Positions 1-11,517 of a stretch of 64,000 bases of DNA are shown piece by piece. Below the pieces are notes generated by a model. The model saw nothing but the letters and a program-made list of their open reading frames with translations. It was not told the DNA's origin and ran no database searches. The stretch is from assembly GCF_030028105.1 (NCBI RefSeq), contig NC_092373.1, positions 53,872,699 through 53,936,698 of the forward strand, in the 5' to 3' direction. A program made the position numbers and the translations under genes. Source of the DNA: Mobula birostris. Lineage: Eukaryota. Each line of letters opens with the position of its first letter. The first letter of the stretch is position 1.

Positions 1-144
1 CAGACAGAAGTTGGGTACACATGTAAAAAAAGATTGTTATACACTCAAATGACAGGAATTCTGCAGATGCTGGAAATTCAAGCAACACACATAAAAGTTG
101 CTGGTGAACGCAGCAGGCCAGGCAGCATCTCTAGGAAGAGGTGC

Positions 145-180
145 AGTCGACGTTTCAGGCTGAGACCCTTCGTCAGGACT
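145..180 (-). ncRNA. Minimal type I hammerhead ribozyme motif (Penelope-associated)
   Basis: Reverse complement reads AGTC-CTGACGA-AGGGTCTCAGCCT-GAAACGTC-GACT. Confidence 0.8.
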
Positions 181-1033
181 AACTGAAGGAATAGTGAGTA
201 AGGGATTTGAAAGTTGGAGGGGGAGGGGGAGATCCAAAATGATAGGAGAAGACAGGAGGGGGAGGGATTGTCCATTCGTCCCCCCCATCCCTCCCCACTG
301 ATCTCCCTCCTGGCACTTATCCGTGTAAGCGGAACAAGTGCTACACATGCCCTTACACTTCCTCCCTTACCACCATTCAGGGTCCCAAACAGTCCTTCCA
401 GGTGAGGCAACACTTCACCTGTGAGTCGGCTGGGGTGATATACTGCGTCCGGTGCTCCCGATGTGGCCTTTTATATATTGGCGAGACCCGACGCAGACTG
501 GGAGACCGCTTTGCTGAACACCTACGCTCTGTCCGCCAGAGAAAGCAGGATCTCCCAGTGGCCACACATTTTAATTCCACATCCCATTCCCATTCTGACA
601 TGTCTATCCACGGCCTCCTCTACTGTAAAGATGAAGCCACACTCAGGTTGGAGGAACAACACCTTATATTCCGTCTGGGTAGCCTCCAACCTGATGGCAT
701 GAACATTGACTTCTCTAACTTCCGTTAATGCTCCACCTCCCCCTCGTACCCCATCTGTTACTTATTTTTATACACACATTCTTTCTCTCACTCTCCTTTT
801 TCTCCCTCTGTCCCTCTGAATATATCCCTTGCCCATCCTCTGGGTCCCCCCCCCCCCACCGCCCTCCTTGTCTTTCTTCCCGGACCTCCTGTCCCATGAT
901 CCTCTCGTATCCCTTTTGCCTATCACCTGTCCAGCTCTTGGCTCCATCCCTCCCCCTCCTGTCTTCTCCTATCATTTTGGATCTCCCCCTTCCCCTCCAA
1001 CTTTCAAATCCCTTACTCACTCTTCCTTCAGTT

Positions 1034-1069
1034 AGTCCTGACGAAGGGTCTCGGCCTGAAACGTCGACT
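1034..1069 (+). ncRNA. Minimal type I hammerhead ribozyme motif (Penelope-associated)
   Basis: AGTC-CTGACGA-AGGGTCTCGGCCT-GAAACGTC-GACT: stem I AGTC/GACT, CUGANGA and GAAA core boxes, GUC cleavage triplet. Confidence 0.8.
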
Positions 1070-1819
1070 GCACCTCTTCCTAGAGATGCTGCCTGGCCTG
1101 CTGCGTTCACCAGCAACTTTTATGTGTGTTGTCAGTTATACACTGAATGCCATGAATTCTAGCTGAAGATAACAATATGATGTTCTGTATCTAAAAAGTT
1201 GTTACTGTCTTATGGAAGAAGTACAAAACCAAGCTTTAATGTCCATTTGCCAATGTTGAAAAAGATTCTATAGAAATCACCAGGGCCAACAGTCAACTGT
1301 GGTTCAGTTTGTCACACATTCAAGCAAGTCAAATCCATTAGCTATAAAGTGCTGTGAAACATCCTAAAAGGATGTTTATGAATAGATGTTTCTCTTTCCT
1401 TCTGCCTTAAAACATGACCAGAAGCACTGCAACTCTAGATTCTGTTTTAATTTCCCAGATATCAATTTGTTTCCAAGATCTAATAATGTCCTAGTACAGG
1501 TATTTAAAAAAAACTTCTGAGAAAACAAAATAATATGTAGAAAAAACATGCCAAATTAGAGTAAAGCTATTATTAGGCATGATTTATTAGAATTCAGACT
1601 GAATGCCGGCTAACTGATCTACTTCTGTTCTTATGCAGTACAGCTAAAAGTATCCATTTGATTGTTGTACAGATGCTTAGCCAATTAATTTAGTAAAAAT
1701 AAAGTTTAACAAAATGAAAAATAAGCCATTGTGCCTAATAGTGGAAATAACATTGCAAAAATGAGATCCATGAGGTTCACCACAAAAAGCCTTTTGAAAA
1801 GAGGTAACTTTTCCAGATG

Positions 1820-2280
1820 TGCACAGGAGATTTACAAGGATGCTGCCTGGACTGGGGAGCATAGGTTGAATGAACTCCGCCTTTTCACCTTGGATCCTCG
1901 GAGGATGAGAGGTGACCTGAAAGAGGTGTACAAGATAATGGGAGGCATTAATTGTGTGGATAGTCAGAGGCTTTTCCCCAGGGTTGAAATGGCTAGCATG
2001 AGAGGGCATAGTTTTAAGGTGCTTGGAAGTAGGTACAGAGGAGATGTCAGGGGTAAGTTTTTTTATGCAGACAGTGGTGAGTGCGTGGAATGGGCTGCTG
2101 GCAGCGGTGGTGAAGGCAGAAAGGATAGAGTCTTTTAAGAGACTCCTGGATGGATACATAGAACTTAGAAAAATAGAGGGCTATGGGTAAGCCTGGGTAG
2201 TTCTAAGGTAAGGACATGTTCGGCACAGATTGGTGGGCCGAAGGGCCTATATTGTGCTGTAGGTTTTCTATGTTTCTATG
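1820..2280 (+). mobile_element. CR1-type LINE 3' fragment
   Basis: RRMRGDLKEVYKIM and RGHSFKV motifs; 3' tail ending in ttctatgt repeats. Confidence 0.8.
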
Positions 2281-2429
2281 TGCTGGATATTTAATCTATG
2301 TCACATGATTAATGTTTTGGAAGTTTAATAGAAAACCTTTGAGTACAAAACAGATATAGCAGCAGACTGCAATTCCCAAGAAAGCTGAAGACTTAATGGC
2401 CTCCAAAACTCAGTTCAGAAATGTCTCTT

Positions 2430-4162
2430 CAACAAGGGAGGGAGGCAGAAGAAAGGAAATTATAGGCCAGTTAGCCTGACCACAGTAGTTGGGAAGATGC
2501 TGGAGTTGAATGTTAAGGGTGTGGTTTCAGGTACTTGGAGGCACATGGCAAGAGGGAAAATCTTGCCTGACAAATCTGTTGGAATTCTTTAAAGAAATAG
2601 AAGACATAGAAAACCTACAGCACAATACAAGGCCTTTGGCCCACAAAGCTGCGCTGAACATGTCCTTACCTTTGAAGTTACCCGGGTACCTTAAAACTGT
2701 GCCCTCTCGTGCTAGCCATTACAGCCCTGGGAAAAAGCCTCGGACTATCCACACGATCAATGCCTCACACCATCTTATACACCTCTATCAGGTCACCTCT
2801 CATCCTCCGTTGCTCCAAGGAGAAAAGGCCAAGTTCACTCAACCTACTCTCATAAGGCATGCTCCCCAAACTAGGTAACATCCTTGTAAATCTCCTCTGC
2901 ACCCTTTCTATGGTTTCCACATCCTTCCTGTACTGAGATGACCAGAGGATAGGAGGACAGACAAAGGAGAATTGGTCGATGTTGTGTACTTGGATTTTCA
3001 GAAGGCCTTTGACGAAGTGCCGCACGTAAGACCCCAGGGTATTACAAGAAAGATACTAGCATGGATAGACCACTGGCTGATTGGCAGGAGGCAAAGAGTG
3101 GGAAGAAAGGGATCCTTTTCAGATTGGCTGCCGGTGACTAGTGGTGTTCTGCAGGGGTCGATGCTGGAGCTGCTTCTTTTTCTAACATATGCCAACGATT
3201 TGAATGATGAAATTAATAGCTGTGTGGCCACGTTTGCAGAGAATATGAAGACAGGTGGAGGGGCAGGTAGTGTTGAGGAAGCAGAGAGATTTAGACAGAT
3301 TAGGAGAATGGTAAAGAGGTGGCAGATGGAATACAGTGTCAGGAAGTGTTTGATCATGCACATTGGTAGGAATAAAAGCATAGACTATTTTGAAAACAGG
3401 GAGAGAATTCAAAAAATCTGAGGTACAAAGTGACATGTGTATGATTCCCTAAAGGTTAATTTGCAGCTGAATTGGTGATGAGGAAGGCGAATGCAACATT
3501 AGCATTCAGTTCAAGAGGACTAGTAAAGCAAAGATATAACACTAAGGCAGTATAAGGCACTGTTGAGGACTTACCTAGAGTATTGTGAGCAGTTTTGGCC
3601 CCTTATTTCGGAAAGGATGTGCTGACATTGGAGTGGGTTTAGAGGAGGTTCACAAGAATTGTGAACCTCGTTGTGGGCCGAAGGGCCTGTACTGTTCTAA
3701 GAATGATGCCAAGAATGAAAGGGCTATCATATGAGCAGCCATTGAAGGCTCTGGGCCTGTACGTGCTGAAATTTTTAAAAATGAGGGGAATCTCACTGAA
3801 ACCTATCAAACGTTGATAGGCCTAGATAGAGTGGATGTTTCCATTGGTGGGGGAGTCTAGGACCAGAGGGCACAGCCTCAAAAGAGAGGGACATCCATTT
3901 AGAACAGAGATGAGAAGGAGTTTCTTTAGCCAGAGGATGGTAAATCTGTAGAATTTGTTACCACAGACAGCTGTGGAGACCATGTCACTGGGTGCATTTA
4001 GGGCAAAGGTTGACAGGTTCTTGATTAGCCAAGGCGTGAAAGGTTATGGGGAGAAGGCAGGAGAATGGGGTTAAGAGAGAAATGTATCAGCCGTGATGAA
4101 GTGGTGGAGAAGACTCTATGGGCCAAGTGGCCAAATTCTGCTCCTATATCTATGGTCTTATG
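2430..4162 (+). mobile_element. CR1-type LINE RT fragment with an antisense CR1 piece nested at about 2600-2945
   Basis: KSCLTNLLEFF, VDVVYLDFQKAFD, VTSGVLQGS RT motifs, degraded. Confidence 0.8.
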
Positions 4163-4600
4163 GAAATCTGCTTTCCAAAACAATAAATCCTTTCACCAGC
4201 AACTTTATTAATCAAGAACTCACTACTAAGTCTTTTTAGAGGTTGTGTTAAATGAACAAAGCCATTCAAACTGAGAAGTTTCCACATCAGCATCAAATAT
4301 TTATCTTAGTAACACCTACAACTTATAAACTGAGCTAGCACATCATTATAATACAAAACTTGCTGATTCAATTCTACAGAACACAAATTTTTAGAATGGA
4401 AACTTGTGTCTTGCAGTAACTGAAACAGAGTAAATGAGTTCCATGCAGCCACATGATGAATTTTACACTGTGCTAACAAAATTTTAGAATTAGACATATT
4501 TAGTCACATGTAGAAGACAATATCGCAATTAACATTTCAATTTTATTTAACTTATCTGTAGTTATACCTATTATTATATGTCCATAAGTTGTTTACTTAC

Positions 4601-4754
4601 TTTTTTTTTGCAGGGTTGAAATAAAAGGAAGGCTAATAGGAATGTGTTCTGTTTCCAGTCCATTCTCTGTTACATGACGTATTCTCCCTCGAAGTTTAAT
4701 ATTTTTTTCAATAAATTTGTTAGGTATTTCTAAGGCATTTGTAAATTTAGTAGT
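4601..4754 (-). CDS. C3orf33: C3orf33 homolog coding exon 3 (154 bp); later exons not found in window, presumably left of it
   Basis: TAACAG|TTKFTNALEIPNKFIEKNIKLRGRIRHVTENGLETEHIPISLPFISTLQKK|GTAAGT vs human TSKFTSSSDIPVEFIRRNVKLRGRLRRITENGLEIEHIPITLP. Confidence 0.92.
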
Positions 4755-6867
4755 CTGTTAAGATGAAGGAAAATTAACTTTCATTGTTCATCAAAACATA
4801 TTACACAGAAGTTTCCACACTATAAAATTGTAAAACAATCTTTTTTGCATACATTATGCAGTGAGTGCAAGTCAACGTGTATTAAATGTATTCGATCTCC
4901 CAAGACTTTATCAGATGATTTTAATAACGTAAGAAACAATGTGTTACTTACGCAGTGCATAATTTTGCTGCGCTTGCTTTCTAGATTAAAGTTATATGTC
5001 TGATAGCAGTAAATTAAAACATTCTGTGATAATTCAATTTGATGGAAGAAAGTACAGGAATTAAACTGTGTTCCTCATATATAGATGCTGAACAAAGTAC
5101 AAAAAAATTCCAAGACTGATTACAATGCATCCAATCTTCATTGCATTTCTTAAGTAAATCATTCCCCTAAGGCTCTGTGCTTGTAATTTGGAATATTTTG
5201 CTCTATAATATTAAGGCTATTTTGTCACAGAAGGCTTGACGAATAGGGTAGAGCTTCGTTCAAACTGTTTTTTGTGCATCTACAGTTTCTAGAGACAAAA
5301 GTGAGAAAGTGATTCTCTCTGGGTACTATATTGATTATAGAGCTTGGAATGTGATCATCTCTTTCATAAAGCAACTGGCATACTGAACGTACATTGCCTC
5401 CACAGATAACACATGGATGAGATTAGACAGACAAATCTTCTTCGAAAAGTTGAAATGTCTAATACCACAGGGCATGCACTTAAGGTGTGAAGGGGTAATT
5501 TCAAAGGAGATGTGAGGGGCAAGTTTATTTACACAAAGAGTGGGGAGTGTCTGGAATGGTTGCCTGGGCTGGTGGCAGAGGTAGAAATGTTAGAGACTTT
5601 TAAGAGACATTTAGATAGGCACATGAATGCGAGGAAAATGGAAGGATATGGACACTGGGGATTAGTTTACAAACACAAAAAAAAATCTGCCTGAAATGTC
5701 GACTATACTTTTTTCCATAGCTGCTGAGTTCCTCCAGCATTTTGTATGTGTTACTTGAATTTCTAGCATCGACAGATGTTCTCGTTTTTAAAAATCTGCA
5801 AATGCTAGAAATCCAAGGCAACACACACAAAATGCTCGAGAAACTCGACAGGTCAGGCAGCATCCATGGAAAGGAATACACCGTCAATGTTTTGGGCCAA
5901 GACCTTTCAACAGGAATGGAAAAAAGATGAGTAGTTAGGTTAAGAAGGTGGGGAGTGGAGAGAAAGAAGTAGGTGAGTAGTGGGTGATAGGTGAAAACCA
6001 GGAAAAGGGTAAGGGGTTGGAGTAACAAGCTGGGAAGTTGATTGGTTACAGAGATAAAGGACTGGGGGGCAGTATCTGATAGGAGAGTTAGAAGAGCATG
6101 GAAGAAAGGGAAAGGGGAGGAGCACCAAAGGGAGGTGATGGGCAGGTAAGGAAAAAGGTGAGAGAGGGAAAAAGGAATGGGAAATAGTGAGGCGGGGGGA
6201 TTACCAGAAGTTTGAGAATTCGATGTTCACACCATCAAGTTGGAGGCTACCCAGACAGAATACAAGACCATAAGACACAGGAGCAAAATTAGGCCATTTG
6301 GCCCATCATGTCTGCTCCACCATTCAGTCATGGTTGATCCTTTTTCTTTCCAACCTCATCCTTCTCCTCGTAACCTTTGATGCTGAGTCCAATCAAGAAT
6401 CTATCAAGTTTTGCCTTAAAGGCACCCTATGACCTGGCCTCCCCAGCTGCCTGTGGTAAAAAATTCCACAAATTCATCATCCTCTGGCTAAAAAAATTTC
6501 TCTGCATCTCTATTTTATATATATGCCCCTTTATCCTGAGGCTGTGCCCTCTTGTCCTAGACTCCCCCACCATGGGAAGCACCCTTTCCACATCTACTCT
6601 GTTTAGGCTTTTCCACATTTGAAAGGTTTCAATGAGATCCCCCCTTCCTTCTAAATTCCAGCGAGTACAGACCTAGAGCTATCAAAAGTTCCTCGTATAA
6701 GCCTTTCATTCCTGGAATCATCCTAGTAAACCTCCTCTGAGCCCTCTCCAATGCCAGCACAACTTTTCTTAGATGAGGAGCCCAAAACTGTTCATAATAC
6801 TCAAGGTGAGGCCTCACCAGTGTCTTAAAAAGCCTCAGCATCACATCCTTGCTCTTGTATTCTCGAC

Positions 6868-8096
6868 CAACGGTCCCCAACTACCCGGCCGCAAAGCATG
6901 TGCTACTGGGCCACGAAGAAACGATATGATTTGGCGAAATGAAACGATATGTGTCAGCTGCATCTTTCCTCATTCCCTGTTATTCCCTCTGTTGAACTTT
7001 AACGCATGCGAGGTCATCAGTGATGTGCAAAGGAATGGGTCCATGACCCATTTGTGAATGTCCCCGGTGATTCATCCATGTCACTGCAGGAAGATCAACT
7101 CCTCGAGCTCGCAAATGACAGTGGGTTGAAAAGTATGTTTGTCATAACATCTCTGCCAGCATTCTGGATCAACGTTATGGCTGAATATCTTGAGATAGCC
7201 ACGAAAGCATTGAAAATGTTGCTTCCATTTCCAACATCATATTGCTGCGAAGCAGAGTTTTCTGCAATGAATGCAACAAAAACTAAATTGCGGAATAGAC
7301 TGGACATAAGGAACCCCCTTCGAGTATCACTGTCTCCCATCACCCCTCGATGGGACCGTCTCGTTGCAGGAAAACAAGCCCAGGGCTCCCATTGATTCAG
7401 CGATATTGGTGTGTTGCAATGATGTTATGTGTTCATACAAGGAAAATATGCACTGTGTGTTTAATATCCAAACATTACTTAAAATGTTATGATGCTATTG
7501 ACTTATAAGTGACTTATAATTCAGTGGTCCCCAACCTCCGGCCGCAAAGAATGCAGCAACACAGCAGTAGCCAGAACGCACCCAGCACATCTTTAAGAAA
7601 AAAGCCTAAATAAACAAGCTAATTAATTAGGTGCCGCCTGGCATATAAATGTCGGCCCAGATCAGAGGTGATTGCCAATTGCGTCGCCTCTGATCTGGGC
7701 CAACATTTACATGCCGGGCAGCACCTAATTAATTAGCTTGTTTATTTCGGCTTTTTTCTTAAAGATGTGCTGGGTGCGTTCCGGCCACCGCTGCATTCTT
7801 CACGGCAATGTATCGGTCCGCGGCCCGGAGGTTTGGGACCACTGTTATAATTGACCTATCACTATATTCATGTGAGGAAAATATGCACTGTGTGTTTAAC
7901 ATTAAATTCGTTAGATAAACCCCTTTAGAAACTAAATTGAGTGTATTAGCTACTTATAAGTGACTTATAATTGACTTATCACCTATATTCTGGTTGTGAT
8001 TAACCACCCCCCTACCCCGCCGCCCCCCCCCCCAGTCTGCAAGAATATTGTCAATATTAAACCGGTCCGCGGTGCAAAAAAAGGTTGGGGACCCTG
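6868..8096 (+). mobile_element. Non-autonomous hAT (Buster/Charlie-like) element with transposase C-terminal remnant
   Basis: TIRs CAACGGTCCCCAAC...GTTGGGGACCCTG; TSD TTCT(C/A)GAC; ORF 7054-7395 has LLPFPTSYCCEAEFSAM..KTKLRNRLD (hAT dimerisation domain). Confidence 0.9.
7522..7844. mobile_element. Palindromic hAT MITE nested in the hAT element
   Basis: TIR CAGTGGTCCCCAACC...GTTTGGGACCACTG; perfect TSD TTATAATT; internal inverted repeat with arms of about 100 bp. Confidence 0.9.
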
Positions 8097-10018
8097 TTCT
8101 AGACCTCTTGAAATGAATGCCAACACTACATCCGCCGTCCTCACTACCAACTCTACCTGCAAGTTAACCTTTTGAGCATTATACACAAGGACTCCCAAGT
8201 CCTTTTGCACCTCAAATTTTTGGATTTTCTCCCCAATAAGAAAATAGTCTGCACATTTATATTTTCTACCAAAGTGCACGACCATGCATTTTCCAACATT
8301 GTATTTAATTTACCACTTTCTTGCCCATTCTCCTAATCTGTCTAAATCCTTCTGCATCCTACCTGTTTCCTCAATACTACCTGGCCCTCCACCAATCTTC
8401 GTATCATCTGCAAACTTGGCAACAAAGCCACCTATTCCATCATCTGAATCATTGACATACAGCATAAAAAGAAGTGGTCCCAACACCGAACACTGCGGAA
8501 CACCACCAGTCACTGGCAGCCAACTAGAAAAGGATCCTTTTATTCCCACTCACCACCTCCTACCAATCAGCCAATGCTCTAACCATACCAGTAACTTTCT
8601 ATAATACCATGGGCTCTTAACTTGGTAAGCAGTCTCATGTGTGGCACCTTGTCAAAGGCCTTCTGAAAGTCCAAATATACAATATCCACTGCATCCCCTT
8701 TATCTATCCTACTAGTAATCTCCTCAAAGAATTCCAACAGGTTCGTCAGACAAGATTTTCTCTGAAGGAAACTACGCTTTGTCCTATTTTGTCCTGTGTC
8801 TCCAAGTACTCCATCACCTTGTACTTAACAATTGACTCCAACATCTTTCCAACCACTGAGGTCAGGCTAAGTGGTCTATAATTTCCTCCTTTCTTAAAAG
8901 GTGAAGTGATTATAAGGTATAAGGTGTTGCTCCTCCAACCTGAGTGTAGCCTCATTGTGGCAGTAGAGGAGGCCATGGACTGACATGTCAGAAAGAGAAG
9001 TAGAGTTAAAATGGGTGGCTACCAGGAGATCCTGCTTTTCCTGAGCGTAGGTACTCAGCAAAGACAGTCTCTCAACTACATCAGGTCTCACCAATATACA
9101 GGAGGCCACATTAGGAGTACCGGATACAGTAGATGACTCCAACAGACTCACAGAAAAAGTGTCGCCTCACCTGGAAGGACTATTTGGGACTTGAATGGTA
9201 GTAAGGGAGGCGGCGTAGGGGCAGGTGTGGCACCTGTTCTGCTTGCAATGGTAAGTACCAGGTTGCTGTGAGAATCAGTGGGTTTATAAAATATATCAGT
9301 AGATAGACTGTCTCCATAGACAGAGACAGAGTGATCGAGAAAAGGGAGGGAGGTGTCAGAAATGGATCAAGTAAACTTGTGGGCAGGGTGGAAGCTGGAG
9401 GTGGAGTTGATAAAGTAGACAAGCTCAGCATGGGTGCAGGAAGCAGCACTAATGCAGTCGTCAATGTAGCATAGGATTAGTTTAGTTTACCATTTGATTA
9501 CTAATTTAATTGGCATGGCACAACATTGTTGGTTCCTGTGCTATACTATTCTATGTGCTATATATGTATTCATTAGTGCTGAGGCAGAAATTTATGTCAG
9601 TTTTAGGGCAATAAGGTGTAACTGCTTTTTTTTTTGTAATTTAAGATGCTTCTAAACACCTAACAATCAAATGAACTTCTGTAACCTGATAGGGGCAAAG
9701 AAGCCATTAACAGACACTTTCCATTACAACCTGAATGTTAGAACCAGAATTTAATTCTACAACACTTTTCAATGGGACTTTTTTCCCAATTCCCAGTTGT
9801 CATTGACAACGAGGTTGTAAAACCAGAATTTATATCATTTTCTATTACAATTAAGCAGTACAGGCTGTTTGAAATATTGAGCTGCATTATGCTTGATAAG
9901 AAAATGACAAACTGGAATGGTAACTTGATATCAAAATGATGGTCTAGCTTCGTTCTGTGACATGGGTTACGTGAACAAAGAAGGTTCTTTAAACACCTGA
10001 GACTTCCGGGACACTTAC

Positions 10019-10078
10019 TAGCCTGACGCTTCTGGCTAAGATCACGATTCCGACCACTGCCAGACCCGTGCTGATCGT
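10019..10078 (-). CDS. C3orf33: C3orf33 homolog coding exon 2 (60 bp, hydrophobic TM-like segment)
   Basis: TTTTTAG|TISTGLAVVGIVILARSVRL|GTAAGT vs human NISTGMAIAGIMLLLRSIRL. Confidence 0.9.
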
Positions 10079-10249
10079 CTAAAAACACAAGCAGAGGGAC
10101 AAGGCAATGAGAAGCAACCTACAATGCAAACTTCTCCAAGCTTTCTGCTAAAGCACCCAAATTACAAAGTAAATCCCTTTGCCTCACTATCCCAATACTG
10201 TGCGTCCATTTTATAGCAGCTAGATCGTCAGTATGTAAATATCCCTCAT

Positions 10250-10600
10250 ACCCGAACCACCCGAACATGCTCGTCCACAAACTCCACAGCTTTGCTGAGA
10301 TAGTAACCGAGCGCATTCGGCCCCTCGTCAGACATGTTTTGCGCGCTGCATCACGGGAAGTATCGCGCGAATTGCTGAAGCGACGCCTGCTCGTCCGCGC
10401 ATCAAACGGGCGGGCAGCTTGGTCACGCTTAGAGCCTCGTTTATACTTCTGCGTGTTCGCGTCGCCGCAAAGCTGATACCGAACCCTACGCGAGAGCACG
10501 CGTTGCTGCGACGCGCAACTGTCCCAAAATGCGTCGCGGCAACGTAGGACGCAACAGCTGTGATTGGTCCGCTTGGTATCATCGCATGTCATCCTACGCT
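10250..10600 (-). promoter_or_regulatory. CpG-island promoter/5'UTR of C3orf33
   Basis: CpG-dense stretch in an AT-rich background around the ATG; CCAAT on minus strand at 10563-10567. Confidence 0.7.
10252..10335 (-). CDS. C3orf33: C3orf33 homolog coding exon 1
   Basis: AAAACATG start; MSDEGPNALGYYLSKAVEFVDEHVRVVR|GTATGA resembles human ...WADDHLRLVR; lies in a CpG island. Confidence 0.85.
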
Positions 10601-10700
10601 GCAGTAGCTTCCCATTGGGTGACTGAAGGGCAGGGAAGGAACTCTGGCTGCAATGCTTTCCATAAGCTTTACAGACCCCCGAAATTATGGAAGACACGTT
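10590..10700 (-). mobile_element. PIF/Harbinger transposase-like fragment
   Basis: With one frameshift reads [34 protein letters not shown], like the Harbinger TVSSIVxEVCxAIWxxLQPxFxP motif. Confidence 0.55.
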
Positions 10701-10914
10701 TCGCACGAATGTCTTGTTTACCCCGAGACTACCATGACCATGAAGCCTTGTGCGGGCACCAGTGCACATGCGTGTATTTTATTCCCCTACAAATCGTTTT
10801 TGGTGATTCTGTTCAGTGAAACTACTGTACATACATTATTTCTACTTTATATAGGCTATTTATCATATCATTCCTGCTTTTACTATATGTTAGTGTTATT
10901 TTAGGTGTTATGTA

Positions 10915-11517
10915 ACAGCGCATGAATATAGTGATAAGTCAATTATAAGTCACTTAGAAGTCAATAGCATCATAACATATTAAATAACGTTTGGATATTA
11001 GACACACAGCACATATTTTCCCCATATAAACATATAAAATCATCGCAACACACCAATATCACTGAATCAGTGGGAGCCCTGGGCTTGTTTCCCTGCAACG
11101 AGACGGTGCCATTGAAGGGTGATGGGAGACAGCGATACTCGAAGGGGGTTCCTTATGTCCACTCTATTCCGCAATTTAGTTTTCGTTGCATTCATTGCAG
11201 AAAAGCCCGCTTCGCAGAAGTAGGATTTTGGAAATGGAAGCAAGGTTTTCAGTGCTTTCGTGGCAATTTCAGGATATTTGGCCTTTTTGATCCAGAATGC
11301 CGGCAGAGATGTTATGTCAAAGATATTTTTCAGCCCGCCATCATTTGCAAGCTTGGGGAGTTGATCTCCTTCCCGCCCTGACATGGATGACACGCGGGTA
11401 ATGACCTCGGCTGCGTTCAAGCTCAACAGTGGCCGTGACAGGGAACGAGGAAAGGTGCAGCTGAGCAATATCGCCAAACATATCGTTTCCTCGCGGCCCG
11501 GTGGTTGCAGACCACTG
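10915..11517 (-). mobile_element. hAT non-autonomous element, same family as 6868-8096, one end truncated
   Basis: ORF 11067-11477 nearly identical to 7054-7395; TIR ends at 11517. Confidence 0.85.

Larger units (their letters stand above)
46..1134 (+). mobile_element. Penelope-like element, 3' part with GIY-YIG endonuclease, inverted terminal arms
   Basis: ORF 402-728 has VIYCVRCSRCGLLYIGET (GIY-YIG); arms 83-268 and 946-1131 are inverted; flanked by GTTATACACT (36-45, 1135-1144). Confidence 0.9.
6266..8911 (-). mobile_element. CR1-type LINE (RT and 3' end), split by a hAT element
   Basis: GVPQCSVLGPLLF, KFADDTK, LVRPHLEY motifs; sequence is continuous across 6867/8097. Confidence 0.85.
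5670..9473 (-). mobile_element. Penelope-like element interrupted by CR1, itself inserted in an older CR1 3' end
   Basis: PLE sequence at 5790-6265 resumes at about 8912; flanking GGATTAGTTTA at 5659-5669 and 9474-9484. Confidence 0.75.

Noticed and set aside
10119-10769. 216-aa ORF as a novel protein
   Set aside because: Stop-poor read-through across a TE fragment and the CpG island, out of frame with C3orf33 exon 1.
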